DNA of 64,000 nt from Saprospirales bacterium (GTDB taxonomy: Bacteria; Bacteroidota; Bacteroidia; Chitinophagales; UBA8649), in assembly GCA_002708985.1 (NCBI GenBank), contig PAPS01000015.1, positions 429-64,428 of the forward strand, given 5' to 3'. The translations under genes were made by a program, and so were the position numbers. The notes under the pieces are model-generated. The model worked only from the letters and a program-made list of their open reading frames with translations. It was not told the DNA's origin and made no database searches. Positions 19,201-29,198 of this stretch are shown piece by piece; position 1 is the first letter of the stretch; each line of letters opens with the position of its first letter.

Positions 19201-20687
19201 AGTCGATAAAAGTTAGAAAACTGCTGACGATAGGGAACGCTCGGTGCGAGAATTTTACCTAAAGCTTTAGCGGATAGAGAAGCACCGCGTAGTTCGCCAC
19301 TGTAGCTATCATAAATTTTTTCAATTTCACTATTTCCAAAACGCATTCCCGTATTTTGAAAAGACTCATAACTGAAGTATTTATCGGATATTATGTTTAC
19401 ACTTTTTGTGCGTGAATCGGTAAATAGATTAAACTCTATCTCTCGACTATCTAATGGCCAGCGAAGAATTTCTGCTTCAACGATCATATTTTGATTGCCC
19501 AATGTGAAAGGAATATCTGATACGATATCTAATCCTGTCCGCGCCTCCAGAGTATTTGACTGAATTTTGTATTCAACCTCAACTGCAGGGTGGAAAATTG
19601 AATCATTGGCAGTAAATATTATCAAACTCCCTAAGCCGCCAAAGATTTTGTTGGGTACAGCCACCTTGAGGGATTTTGGCTTATACAAAGCAAGAAGTTT
19701 CTGACTACTGGGGTCACGAAACTCAACAACACAAATCTCACCTTTAGGTGCATCAACTCCGATTTCATTACCCGTCAGGTGAAATCCTCCATTCACACTC
19801 ACGTAGTCGTTAATTTGTTGAGTAGACAATCGGACGGTTGCCAAAAAATCAGGGTAGTTCTTATCTCTATTTTGATTATCAAGTCGATCCTTAAAGACTC
19901 CTGGAAATGACTCACGACTATATTTTGGATAGTTCATAAGTGCTGAATCACAGGATATCTCAAATTTCGTAGTCTTGACATTATAGCTCGTCAGCCGCAC
20001 ATAGGCCTCATCCTTCGGAATTCCTGCGCCAACCCAATCCATCTCTCCTCCAGCACCCTGCCATTCATAAGTCTTTCCATAGAATATTCCAGTCGTTTTA
20101 CTTAAGGCCATAGTATCATATGGATTATCTGCCTGAAGTACTACAGGTTGATCAAAAGAGAGTATTAGCCCCTTGTCAGTGGACCAAGTAACCGCACTTG
20201 CCTTTCCCTTAACCCGCCATGTATTCTTACCACGTACCGTAAGAATTCCGGACCGAGCAAATTGTCTCCATTGTCTAACCTCCTCATCGAACTTACTTTC
20301 CTTTCCCGGGTAATAAAAACCTATTTGGTCAGATAACACTTCATGCCATTGATCCAAAGGCACGCATTTTATCGAATCAAAGAGCATACACAAACCGGCT
20401 ATTTTTCGCTCACGATCTACGGTCCATCGCCCCACCTTATCCATTGAGTTAGCATACTCTGCAATGTGCCGCATTAAGTCGTTACTCGCTTGACCCGAAG
20501 CAACATATTGACCAAAACGTTCAGGAAAATCATCATCCTTATCCTTGCGACTAGATTCTATTGATTCCATCAGAGAATTGACATAAGAAGGCTCGTTGAT
20601 ATCATACTTAGGACTTACCTGAGCAAGGCCAAAACTCTGTACAAAGAGTAAAACAATAAGTATTCCAATGGGGTATATACCTTTCAT
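16218..20687 (-). CDS. Very large secreted protein of unknown function (1489 aa)
   Basis: An uninterrupted 4.5-kb ORF with ATG start and signal-like MKGIYPIGILIVLLFVQSFGLAQ. I see no T9SS CTD, no obvious internal repeats and no recognisable catalytic motif. It starts 9 nt after the prmA stop in a tightly spaced co-directional gene run. Confidence 0.6.
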   Translation of the reverse strand: MKGIYPIGILIVLLFVQSFGLAQVSPKYDINEPSYVNSLMESIESSRKDKDDDFPERFGQYVASGQASNDLMRHIAEYANSMDKVGRWTVDRERKIAGLCMLFDSIKCVPLDQWHEVLSDQIGFYYPGKESKFDEEVRQWRQFARSGILTVRGKNTWRVKGKASAVTWSTDKGLILSFDQPVVLQADNPYDTMALSKTTGIFYGKTYEWQGAGGEMDWVGAGIPKDEAYVRLTSYNVKTTKFEISCDSALMNYPKYSRESFPGVFKDRLDNQNRDKNYPDFLATVRLSTQQINDYVSVNGGFHLTGNEIGVDAPKGEICVVEFRDPSSQKLLALYKPKSLKVAVPNKIFGGLGSLIIFTANDSIFHPAVEVEYKIQSNTLEARTGLDIVSDIPFTLGNQNMIVEAEILRWPLDSREIEFNLFTDSRTKSVNIISDKYFSYESFQNTGMRFGNSEIEKIYDSYSGELRGASLSAKALGKILAPSVPYRQQFSNFYRLMANGFIGFNEAEERVDLLPKIILYVEALRKTSDFDEMGMSSFASGKNVTYNVDLDIATTRGVSSVMISEYDRTSIYPDNETFDIDKDKSFNFSGMFTAGQFEFLDDDALFEYEPYHFISDSLNELRMDVLYNNPNSASNLLRVKSVIEGAEIVVSVNSPDNHSGTFNQDESYPKIETFNHPKVFYSDSSIRGGDYNRDSFYFSLDPFTLDSLFYIDSVDLSFIGTLTSAYIFPTIRDTLMLMNDKSLGIKESTGEEGISLYQDRGLLTGFYQLDRSNGVIGTGTVDYLTSDFSSKRIEFFTDSVVAFADSLNIERSEMGFLSPEMKSEKNKLRWFPYEGRLVATSNANNPFSMNQGRTLLEGTLQVTDTAITADGAIEWSDAKLTSEDFTLTDKDIMASSGDLEVKSGGDQVTFSVKDVSMDVDMDENYGTFISNSEDNFIDLAYNAYRVNIREFQWDIDARRLFFRVPEGQDDMTFFATNPSQGDIFFNSGSADYDMSTSSLEVREIPFIDIADSRLYPNGDTLYIKQNGVLSKLEGCTLTSPINESRHQFSGVSMTIKGRNEANGKGSFIYNGQDLDSQLIVIDNIKTKQTQEKKESDRTSYFHASGELQMIDSLQFMTSILGIGDVAIDSRFNGVHLDGFLQIDWQSDALDNEWVKINDTIYADSIGFDFQQSTALRGETLYTGIYLTPKDITPFFPQLLSRVRVPSQKPLLEVKGMFSHKAGENEYLFQNGSYDASIPGYTGNSLTYNVASKNINGQGLLDLQLRTGPVELLNSGRIAHNVESNSLEISLSQALSIGLPDEIWQAIGLMINEASFSSKSLTYYEESSMQDWFGLLQRKNKNLKDLRSAMAMDPFFEYPKGLKGNLVTHQVTFNYEDNALYRHFVSEGKIGISFIGEMPIHKEVKGKIVFEQRDAESDGLDIYIENDLREFVHLSYRANHLSIFSTNKAVMQSITDLPEKKRTVENNGRSMTFGIGSSLKTEEFKIEFNL

Positions 20688-20696
20688 ATCTACAAT

Positions 20697-21545
20697 TTAC
20701 ACTTTCCATCGCAGGGCAAGCCATTCAGATGAATCGCGTTTATCTACAAGTTTCAAGCCAAGTGTCTTCATTCGTTGCTCCACCCATGCCCAATCGGCCA
20801 ACAAAAGACCGCTTAATATAATGTTGCCATGTTCAGGATGTAAAGATTTGAGTAAAGCTTCAATATTTTGGTCGATAGCATTTTTATTCACGTTGGCCAA
20901 AATGCAATCATAGATGATTCCATCATTTTGGTATCTATCATTTTCTTGATATCTAAGCTCAATTTCTTGATGATTTGCTTTAGCCACGTCTCGCGCACTT
21001 TCCACGGCAATCAAATCATTGTCTATGCCCACAACCTTGCAGGCTCCTCGCATTCTAGCATAGACGGCCAGGATACCCGTTCCACTACCAAAATCAAGGA
21101 CCGACTGGTCATAAAACACCATATCTTCCATGGTTTCAAGAACCATTCGTGTGGTATCATGATACCCAGTGCCAAAGGCCATTTTAGGATCAATTACCAT
21201 TTTATACGGACGACTTGACTTAGGCGATGCAAACGACGGATATATGTAGATTTCACTACCAATCTCTATGGGCTGAATCTGCTGTTCCCATAGGGTGTTC
21301 CAATTTTGGTTTACCACAGGTGTAGCGTCCAAGGATACAGCGAAAGGCAGACTGGAAAGTCTAAGATCAATAGACTCCTTATCCCATGCCCACTCCCTAA
21401 TATATCCGATAAGTTTATCATCTAAAAACTCAAACGATTCAAATTCTTCCTCATGTAAAATGGCTGCAATAATCTCAAATGCACTATCTAATTCAAATGA
21501 TTCTTTGAATTGAACAGTAAAAACGACTTGAACATATTGCTCCAC
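20697..21545 (-). CDS. prmA: Ribosomal protein L11 methyltransferase
   Basis: 282 aa with a GTG start. The SAM-binding motif is VLDFGSGTGILAV. The PrmA-type N-terminal domain and overall length fit the family. Confidence 0.85.
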   Translation of the reverse strand: MEQYVQVVFTVQFKESFELDSAFEIIAAILHEEEFESFEFLDDKLIGYIREWAWDKESIDLRLSSLPFAVSLDATPVVNQNWNTLWEQQIQPIEIGSEIYIYPSFASPKSSRPYKMVIDPKMAFGTGYHDTTRMVLETMEDMVFYDQSVLDFGSGTGILAVYARMRGACKVVGIDNDLIAVESARDVAKANHQEIELRYQENDRYQNDGIIYDCILANVNKNAIDQNIEALLKSLHPEHGNIILSGLLLADWAWVEQRMKTLGLKLVDKRDSSEWLALRWKV

Positions 21546-21550
21546 AATTG

Positions 21551-22321
21551 TTAAATGCTTTTCTGACTAACACAAGCCTCTGCAATGGCCGCAAAGGACT
21601 GAGCCTTTAACGATGCCCCGCCTACCAAAGCTCCGTCAACATCTTCTAATGCGAAGGTGCCAGCCGCGTTCTCAGGTTTGACACTCCCACCATAAAGAAT
21701 GGAAAAGGAGTTGGCCACCTCTTCACCATACTGGGTCGCAATCATCCCCCGTAGGGCTTGATGAACTTCTTGAATTTGATTGGGTTGTGCACTTTTTCCT
21801 GTACCAATAGCCCAAATAGGTTCATACGCTAAGATGACCCGCTTCATTTGCTTAGCATCCAAATGAAATAAACCAGCCTTTATTTGATGCATTAAAAAAG
21901 ATAGATAGTCTCCAGATTCTCGTACTTCAAGCGATTCACCAATACAAAAGACTACCTCTAATTGAGTTTCCAAGGATTGAGAAACCTTTTGTGCTAGTTC
22001 CTGATCCGATTCATTCCACAAGGCACGCGATTCAGAGTGACCAATTAAAGTGAATACTGTACCCAATGAATCTAGTTGCTTTGCCGAAACTTGTCCTGTG
22101 CATGCACCAGACTCCATAGCGCTTACCATTTGGCTGCCGACCTTGATGTGTGCAGGAAGTAAAGGCATTACAACTGGGATGTACGGGCTGCTAGGAGTTA
22201 CTCCAATACTAATTGTCTTAGGAAGGGAATGCATAAAATCCTTTAGCTCACCGCAAAGATCGAGCACTTCTTCCCAGGCTAGGTTCATCTTCCAGTTACC
22301 TATTACATACTGTTTTCTCAT
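21551..22321 (-). CDS. tpiA: Triose-phosphate isomerase
   Basis: 256 aa. Motifs are VIGNWKMN, IGHSESR, AYEPIWAIGTG and VDGALVGGASL. Its ATG overlaps the upstream gene's stop (ATGA). Confidence 0.95.
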   Translation of the reverse strand: MRKQYVIGNWKMNLAWEEVLDLCGELKDFMHSLPKTISIGVTPSSPYIPVVMPLLPAHIKVGSQMVSAMESGACTGQVSAKQLDSLGTVFTLIGHSESRALWNESDQELAQKVSQSLETQLEVVFCIGESLEVRESGDYLSFLMHQIKAGLFHLDAKQMKRVILAYEPIWAIGTGKSAQPNQIQEVHQALRGMIATQYGEEVANSFSILYGGSVKPENAAGTFALEDVDGALVGGASLKAQSFAAIAEACVSQKSI

Positions 22322-23481
22322 GGTTGCTTGGTTTCAAATAAGTGGTTAAGAATTGAAAAATCAATATCGGACATTGAGCATTGCCGCCGTGCCATAACAG
22401 CCTTGGCTACATCTACTGCCTTATCGAGTCGATAGGTGTATACTTTTTGACGGTTTACCCAAGAAAACGAGGGTAGGAATTTAGGAGGGAAATCTCCTCC
22501 TACAATATTGACATTCACTCCAAGAACCGTTCCTGTATTGAGCATAGTATTTATGCCTGTTTTGCAATGGTCACCCATAAAGGTTCCTACAAACTGGCGT
22601 TCGGAGTTTACATAGTCCTGCTCGAGATAGCTGTAGACCTTAACGGAACTATAATTGTTTTTAAGATTGGATGTATTGGTATCAGCCCCTAGATTGCACC
22701 AATAGCCTATGACTGAATTCCCTAGGTAGCCATCATGACCTTTATTTGAATAGCCCTGAAAGACTGAATTGCTTACCTCACCACCCACCTTACAATGCGG
22801 CCCTAAGACTGTAGAACCATATATTTTTGCATTCATTTTAAGTACAGAACCTTCACCCATCATAAATGGACCGCGCACCCGACTTCCCTCCATAACAGTG
22901 GCATTTTTGCCGACATATACCGGCCCATTTAAGGTGTTAAATGTAGCACTAAGCACTTCTGCCCCGTCCTCAATAAACAATTGATCTAATGGGCCTATAC
23001 AGACACAATGTTCAGGTAAAACCTGACTATTCTGATGCTTAGTAAGTGCCACAAAATCCCTTTCGATTTGCTCGCCTGCCCATTCAAAAATTTCCCAAGG
23101 ACGACTAAGCATCTTCCATCCTTCTGCACCATTAAGCTCAACTTCTTTTGTATCAGAAGCAGAAGCATCCACACATGATGCAACCTGAACACCGTGATCA
23201 TAGAGAGACTCTCCTGGATTGAGTGCTAAGATTTTTTCAACTAGGTCTGGAACGCATAAAAAAGCTGAATTGATTATAACACAAAGCCCTTCGACAACAG
23301 GAGTTCGGTCCATTAGATATGCTTGGGTTTGGATTTCTACACTAGTCTCCAATGCATCAGACCAAGTTTCTTGTATCGTACGCAATCCTATGCGAAGTGC
23401 GCTGATTGGTCGCGTTAATGTAAAAGGAGCCAATCCCTGCCATTGGCTAAAATGATCTGTAAGAATATATTTCTTCTTCAT
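22318..23481 (-). CDS. Putative sugar nucleotidyltransferase with C-terminal left-handed beta-helix (GlmU-family / NTP_transf_4-like)
   Basis: 387 aa. The C-terminal half shows hexapeptide-repeat periodicity (VGKNATVMEGSRVRGPFMMGEGSVLKMNAKIYGSTVLGPHCKVGGEV...). The architecture matches the conserved Bacteroidota 'GlmU family protein'. Confidence 0.6.
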   Translation of the reverse strand: MKKKYILTDHFSQWQGLAPFTLTRPISALRIGLRTIQETWSDALETSVEIQTQAYLMDRTPVVEGLCVIINSAFLCVPDLVEKILALNPGESLYDHGVQVASCVDASASDTKEVELNGAEGWKMLSRPWEIFEWAGEQIERDFVALTKHQNSQVLPEHCVCIGPLDQLFIEDGAEVLSATFNTLNGPVYVGKNATVMEGSRVRGPFMMGEGSVLKMNAKIYGSTVLGPHCKVGGEVSNSVFQGYSNKGHDGYLGNSVIGYWCNLGADTNTSNLKNNYSSVKVYSYLEQDYVNSERQFVGTFMGDHCKTGINTMLNTGTVLGVNVNIVGGDFPPKFLPSFSWVNRQKVYTYRLDKAVDVAKAVMARRQCSMSDIDFSILNHLFETKQP

Positions 23482-23492
23482 TTGAGGTTCAT

Positions 23493-24554
23493 TTACCAGC
23501 GTATAAGTGCGCTAGCCCACGTAAATCCGCTACCGAAGGCAGCTAAACAAACTAGATCACCTTTTTTGATTCTCCCTTGCTCCCAAGCTTCAGTTAACGC
23601 AATAGGAATAGAGGCTGCAGTAGTGTTCCCAAAGCGTTGGATATTATTCACAACCTTTTCATCAGGAAGACGCAAGGTACGTTGCACAAATTGACTTATA
23701 CGAAGATTGGCTTGGTGCGGCACTAAGACGTCAATATCGGCTGGTGTTAGACCATTTCGACCAAGCGCTTCCATGATAACTTCAGGGAACTTTACAACCG
23801 CTTTCTTAAAAACTGCTTGGCCATTCATGTAAGGATAAATTTGTTCCTTCTCCATCATATCAGGAGTAATGAGAATGCTATCCATGCTGTCTGCACTTGG
23901 ATACTCACTTAAACGTGTCTGGTCATCAATCCAATGCCCGCCGTGACAACCAGGATTGAGATAAGACAACTCCTCAGCGGCAGAGCCATCGCTGTGTAGG
24001 TGCGTCGATAAAATGCCTTCCTCAGGATTTTCAGACGGCTGAAGAATTGCTGCTCCCGCGCCATCTCCAAAAATCACTGAAACATTGCGACCTCTAGTAG
24101 AAAAATCTAAACCACAAGAATGAAATTCTGCGCCAACTACAAGCACATTTTTATACATGCCGGTTTTTACAAACTGATCCGCTACACTTAACGCGTAAAT
24201 AAATCCCGAACACTGGTTACGGACGTCTAGCGCACCCACTTCCTTCATACCCATCGCTCGCTGCAACAATACACCACAACCCGGAAAATAGTAGTCAGGA
24301 CTTAAGGTGGCAAAGACAATAAAATCAACATCTTGGGCAGTAATTCCCGCCCGCTCAATCGCTACTTCCGCTGCTTTTACCCCCATGGTAGTCGTCGTTT
24401 CCTCATAACGTTTTGCGTATCGACGCTCCTTAATCCCGGTGCGCTCTTGAATCCATGTATCACTTGTTTCCATGTACTGAGTCAGTTCATCATTTTTTAC
24501 AATGCGTTCTGGCACATAAAAGCCAAGGCCGGCAATGCGGGTAGAATGTAACAT
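23493..24554 (-). CDS. fabH: 3-oxoacyl-ACP synthase III
   Basis: The ATG at 24554 (MLHSTRIAGLGFYVPE...) avoids overlapping the upstream HAD gene. Motifs are the active-site Cys in RNQCSGFIYAL, then VPHQANLRI and GNTTAASIPIAL. Confidence 0.9.
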   Translation of the reverse strand: MLHSTRIAGLGFYVPERIVKNDELTQYMETSDTWIQERTGIKERRYAKRYEETTTTMGVKAAEVAIERAGITAQDVDFIVFATLSPDYYFPGCGVLLQRAMGMKEVGALDVRNQCSGFIYALSVADQFVKTGMYKNVLVVGAEFHSCGLDFSTRGRNVSVIFGDGAGAAILQPSENPEEGILSTHLHSDGSAAEELSYLNPGCHGGHWIDDQTRLSEYPSADSMDSILITPDMMEKEQIYPYMNGQAVFKKAVVKFPEVIMEALGRNGLTPADIDVLVPHQANLRISQFVQRTLRLPDEKVVNNIQRFGNTTAASIPIALTEAWEQGRIKKGDLVCLAAFGSGFTWASALIRW

Positions 24555-24564
24555 AAAATGCTTT

Positions 24565-25218
24565 TTATGAAGGTAATAAAATGTCGACGACCGAACGAAT
24601 ATCACTCGAAGGATTCCAATGGAGGGCAATAAATCCCAATGCTTTAGCCGCCTCGATATTTATTTCCTTATCATCAATGAAAAGAGTTTTTTTAGGGTCA
24701 ATACCCTTCTGCTCCACTATGATTTGCCACGCCCTATTTTCCGGTTTACGGTGACCTATCTCGTGGGAGTAAAAAACGTGATCAAAGTATTGGGAGATAT
24801 CCTGCTCAGATGAGGCACTGCGCATTGCTTTGGCAACCCATTCAGCATGGTAGGTATTGATGTTACTCAATATATATGTCCTGTACCGAGGCCTCAGTTT
24901 ATCCAGGTATTCGAATGTCGAAAGATCAATATGAGAGAGCATGGCGTTCCATGCTTCCACAATCTCGGCATCCGATGCATGATTTAATATAGGTCGCACC
25001 CTATCTAAAAATTCTTTCCGGCTTACTTCGCCACGCTCGAGTTCTTCAAAAAGATAATTTTGTCCTGCATGGTGATAAAGCTCACTTGCCTGCTTACCAC
25101 CAAGTGTAATAAAGGCCTTTGTCGTCTTCGCGAAGTCCACGGGTATGATAACATTTCCCAGGTCGAAAACAACAACCTCAATATGTAGATTCTTGAGCCA
25201 GGATAAATGATCCGGCAT
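24565..25218 (-). CDS. HAD-superfamily hydrolase (subfamily IA-like)
   Basis: 217 aa. Motif I is VVFDLGNVII. SNIN is the motif II region. The C-terminal motif is LFIDDKEINIEAA. Confidence 0.7.
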   Translation of the reverse strand: MPDHLSWLKNLHIEVVVFDLGNVIIPVDFAKTTKAFITLGGKQASELYHHAGQNYLFEELERGEVSRKEFLDRVRPILNHASDAEIVEAWNAMLSHIDLSTFEYLDKLRPRYRTYILSNINTYHAEWVAKAMRSASSEQDISQYFDHVFYSHEIGHRKPENRAWQIIVEQKGIDPKKTLFIDDKEINIEAAKALGFIALHWNPSSDIRSVVDILLPS

Positions 25219-25219
25219 A

Positions 25220-25537
25220 CTAGGCTAGCACAGCATTAATCGCATCAACAAAAGTAGCCTTAGGCTGCACACCGACAAACTTTTGAACCACCTCACCTTT
25301 GTGCATTAAAAGAACTGTAGGAATACTTCGGATACCAAAGCGACCTGCTGTTTCTGGGTTCTCATCTACATTAAGTTTACCCACTACTGCTTTGCTATCA
25401 AATTCAGAAGCAACCTCATCGATCGTAGGACCAAGTGCAACACAAGGCCCACACCATTCTGCCCAAAAGTCTACAAGAACGGGTTTATCACTTTGCATTT
25501 GTTCTTCAAAATTCGCATCAGTAAATTTGAAAGCCAT
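25220..25537 (-). CDS. trxA: Thioredoxin
   Basis: The ATG at 25537 gives 105 aa (MAFKFTDANFEE...). The canonical active site is WAEWCGPC. The longer track ORF adds an implausible 22-aa extension. Confidence 0.95.
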   Translation of the reverse strand: MAFKFTDANFEEQMQSDKPVLVDFWAEWCGPCVALGPTIDEVASEFDSKAVVGKLNVDENPETAGRFGIRSIPTVLLMHKGEVVQKFVGVQPKATFVDAINAVLA

Positions 25538-25631
25538 ATTTGTTGTTTTATAGAGTTGATTTAATTGTAGTGTGAAAGTACAATATGAACACAAAATGCT
25601 CATAGAAAATTATTCCTCATTTTCCACCAAA

Positions 25632-28600
25632 CTATGCTCGGTGGGCCATACCCAATTGAAATGTCAAGGAGGGCTCTGCCGTCAACCCTTCAATAAACCT
25701 TCTATTGGGTGCTATGCGATATTGATTTGAGGTCAAATTCAATACATTGTCGTCCGCATCATGTACCTTGATATAAACCGGAACATCGCCTTTGTTTTCG
25801 ATACAAAGTGCCTTGATACGATGGGTAAGATCAGCCGTCACAGCGTCTAGCTTGAGATGAAGATCTATTCTTGATGTATACTTTTCACGTAGGCCATCGA
25901 GAAGTTCCATGGTATGAATTTCAAAACGGTACTCATCTCGATACCGATTAAACTTGTAAGCACCTGTAATCATCAACAGATGACCAGGATTCTGTATAAA
26001 ATGCTCAAACTCGAGAAACTTTTCTCTAAAAAGCATAAACTCCATAGTTCCCTCAAAGTCTTCAAGCACAAAACGACAATACTTTTGCCCTTTTTGAGAG
26101 AAACGAATATCAGATGATGCAACGATTCCTCCAAGTCGGACTATTCCGGACTTACGACGCTCCATCGTTTCCGTTGAGGAATTCGCAAAGCTCCTCAAAT
26201 CTAATCGATAGGGATCAAGAGGATGGCCAGATAGATAAACACCAGTCACTTCTTTTTCTTTTTGCAGACGTTCAATAATTGACCACTCTCGCGTTGCTAA
26301 TGCCTCGGGTTTTACTAATGTTTCCACCTCACTTTCTCCAAATAAGCTCGCTTGGCTACTGGATTGAATTTGATACAACCGCTGTCCATAGTTTACCGCT
26401 TTATTGATAAGCATCAGACCATCTGTTGGGTCTTTTTCGATGTATTGCTCACGGCGAATGCCCTCAAAGCTGTCAAATGCACCAGCTATTGCTAAGGATT
26501 CAAGGGTTTTATTATTAACTTGATTTGATCGCAATCTTGCCGTAATATCAAAAATGTCATTGTAAGGGCCATTTTCTAGACGCTCCTTAACAAGCTCATC
26601 CACTGCAATCTGACCGACCCCTTTTATAGCCGATAAAGCAAATCGGATCTCTCCTTTGGCATTCACCCGAAACTTAGCGCCAGCCTCATTGATATTAGGC
26701 CCAAGCACAGAAAGCTTCATCCGCTTGCACTCTTCCATAAAGAAGCTGACCTTTTTAATGTCGCTCATATTATGTGTTAGGACAGAAGCCATGTATTCTG
26801 CAGGATAGTGCGCTTTTAAGTATGCTGTTTGATAAGCAATTAACGCATAACAGGTTGAGTGGGACTTATTGAAGGCATAAGATGCGAATGCTTCCCAATC
26901 TTGCCATACTTTCTTGACTATCCTTTCGTCTATAGATTTTTTCTTACAGCCCACTTCAAAAGTTGGCCATAATTTATCGATGACCTCCTTCTTTTTCTTA
27001 CCCATTCCCTTGCGCAATTCATCAGCCTGTCCCTTGGTAAAGCCAGCTAGATCTTGTGCTAAAAGCATGACTTGTTCCTGATATACCGTTATGCCATAGG
27101 TCTCTTTAAGACGACCTTCCATTAAGGGATGGTCAAATTCCACTTTTTCCCGACCATGTTTCCTCGCACAATATGAAGGAATGTATTCCATGGGCCCTGG
27201 TCGGTAGAGGGCATTCATAGCAATCAAATCTTCGAAGCAATCCGGCTTTAACTCCTTGAGATGCTTTTGCATTCCACCTGACTCAAACTGAAAAATGCCG
27301 TTGGTGTAGCCTTTCTGAAATAGCTTAAATGTTTTTTCATCATCTAATGGAAACGCATCGGGATCGAGGTCCACGCCATGTCCCTCTTTGATTAATGCCA
27401 CGGTATCTTTGATAATACTTAGCGTTCGTAAACCTAGGAAGTCCATCTTTAAAAGACCAGCTTCTTCGACAACACTGTTGTCGTATTGGGTTAGCAGTAG
27501 GTCTGAATCTTTTGACGTGGTCACCGGAATAAGGTTTTTTATATCCTCAGGAGTTATGATGATACCACAAGCATGCACACCTGTATTTCGCACAGAACCT
27601 TCAAGGTTCTTGGCCTCGCGAACCATCTCACCAATTTTATCTTGCCGTGCAGCCGTCTTCCTAAATTCTTCGGCCTGTTGTAATTGGTTGGCGTTGAGTT
27701 TACCCTTAAGCTTCTCATCTATTCCCTGCTTAGCCAAAACTTTATTTAGCGAAGCACTTAGGTGGTCGGGAAACGACTTGGCTACCTGATTGACATCTTG
27801 TAAAGGAATATCCATCACGCGCCCAACATCTCGCAGAGAAGACTTTGCCGCCATAGAACCGTAGGTAATAATCTGCGCCACCTGGTCCTTGGTATATTTA
27901 CCAACGACATAATCAATAACGCGCTGACGACCCTCATCATCAAAATCAATATCGATATCGGGCATAGATACGCGCTCAGGATTTAAGAACCGCTCAAAGA
28001 GTAAATCGTACTTAATAGGATCTACATTGGTTATTCCAAGGCAATAGGCAATGGCTGAACCCGCTGCAGATCCCCTGCCTGGCCCTACACTTACATCGAG
28101 TTGTCTTGCTGCGGTTGTGAAATCCTGTACAATAAGAAAGTAACCAGCATACTTTGCCTTAATAATGGTTCTGAGCTCAAACTCAAGCCGCTCAAGAACA
28201 TGACTTTCTAAAGGTTCCCCGTAACGCTTTTTTGCACCTTCAAATGTCAGGAACTCTAGATACTTAGCTTCTGATTCAAATCCTTCAGGAATAGAAAACT
28301 TGGGTAATACAGGTAAGTCTCGTTCAAGATGAATTCCTTTCACCTTATCGGCGATTGCCATTGTATTCTCAATAGCATTCGGCACGTCGGAAAACAATTG
28401 CTTCATGGCCTCTTGAGACTTGAAGTAAAACTCATTGTTTGGAAAACCAAAACGAAATCCTTTACCGTGACCTTTTGGAGTGTATTTGCTCTCACCAGTA
28501 TTTACACACAATAAAATATCGTGGGCTGAGGCATCTTCTTCTTCGGTGTAGTGGCTATCATTAGTCGCTATAATAGGAATATTGTGCTTGTTGGCAAGAT

Positions 28601-29198
28601 GAATCAAAACTTGATTGACGTCCTCCTGGCTCATGCCCGTATTATCGATATCATCAAGACCATGACGCTGAAGCTCGACATAATAATCTTCTCCAAAGAC
28701 ATCAACCCATTCCAACAGCATCGCTTCGGCAGCTTCCTCCCCTTTATGCAGAATAGTCTGAGGAATAATAGCCCCTATACAACAACTTGTTGCTATAAGA
28801 CCCTCTTTGTATTGTTTGACTAACTCAAAATCGACTCTCGGCCATTTGGAATAGAGCCCCTCGATAAAGCCCAACGAGCAGAGTTTGGAAAGGTTTTGAT
28901 ATCCCTTTAGGTTTTTTGCAAGAAGTAATTGATGATAGCGCTTATCTTTCTTTCCGCCGACAAATGATTTTTTTAAACGATCTTCCACTAGATAGAACTC
29001 GCAGCCTACAATAGGCTTGATATTTTGTTTGTTTGCCTCAGCAACAAACTTAAATGCGCCGAACATATTGCCATGATCGGTGATGGCTACTGCCTTTTGA
29101 CCGTCTGCTTTGGCTTTACTAATCATCGAAGAAATACTCGAATGACCGTCAAGCAGTGAAAACTGTGTATGATTATGTAAATGACAATAGTCGCTCAT
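25632..29198 (-). CDS. dnaE: DNA polymerase III alpha subunit
   Basis: The track start at 29207 is a TTG; the ATG is at 29198 (MSDYCHLHNHTQFSLLDG, PHP domain). The ~1188 aa include the polymerase core (PDIDIDF) and a C-terminal OB-fold region. Confidence 0.97.
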   Translation of the reverse strand: MSDYCHLHNHTQFSLLDGHSSISSMISKAKADGQKAVAITDHGNMFGAFKFVAEANKQNIKPIVGCEFYLVEDRLKKSFVGGKKDKRYHQLLLAKNLKGYQNLSKLCSLGFIEGLYSKWPRVDFELVKQYKEGLIATSCCIGAIIPQTILHKGEEAAEAMLLEWVDVFGEDYYVELQRHGLDDIDNTGMSQEDVNQVLIHLANKHNIPIIATNDSHYTEEEDASAHDILLCVNTGESKYTPKGHGKGFRFGFPNNEFYFKSQEAMKQLFSDVPNAIENTMAIADKVKGIHLERDLPVLPKFSIPEGFESEAKYLEFLTFEGAKKRYGEPLESHVLERLEFELRTIIKAKYAGYFLIVQDFTTAARQLDVSVGPGRGSAAGSAIAYCLGITNVDPIKYDLLFERFLNPERVSMPDIDIDFDDEGRQRVIDYVVGKYTKDQVAQIITYGSMAAKSSLRDVGRVMDIPLQDVNQVAKSFPDHLSASLNKVLAKQGIDEKLKGKLNANQLQQAEEFRKTAARQDKIGEMVREAKNLEGSVRNTGVHACGIIITPEDIKNLIPVTTSKDSDLLLTQYDNSVVEEAGLLKMDFLGLRTLSIIKDTVALIKEGHGVDLDPDAFPLDDEKTFKLFQKGYTNGIFQFESGGMQKHLKELKPDCFEDLIAMNALYRPGPMEYIPSYCARKHGREKVEFDHPLMEGRLKETYGITVYQEQVMLLAQDLAGFTKGQADELRKGMGKKKKEVIDKLWPTFEVGCKKKSIDERIVKKVWQDWEAFASYAFNKSHSTCYALIAYQTAYLKAHYPAEYMASVLTHNMSDIKKVSFFMEECKRMKLSVLGPNINEAGAKFRVNAKGEIRFALSAIKGVGQIAVDELVKERLENGPYNDIFDITARLRSNQVNNKTLESLAIAGAFDSFEGIRREQYIEKDPTDGLMLINKAVNYGQRLYQIQSSSQASLFGESEVETLVKPEALATREWSIIERLQKEKEVTGVYLSGHPLDPYRLDLRSFANSSTETMERRKSGIVRLGGIVASSDIRFSQKGQKYCRFVLEDFEGTMEFMLFREKFLEFEHFIQNPGHLLMITGAYKFNRYRDEYRFEIHTMELLDGLREKYTSRIDLHLKLDAVTADLTHRIKALCIENKGDVPVYIKVHDADDNVLNLTSNQYRIAPNRRFIEGLTAEPSLTFQLGMAHRA

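Noticed and set aside
27388-27789. 133-aa plus-strand ORF inside dnaE
   Set aside because: It is antisense to a very well supported dnaE CDS and has no motifs.
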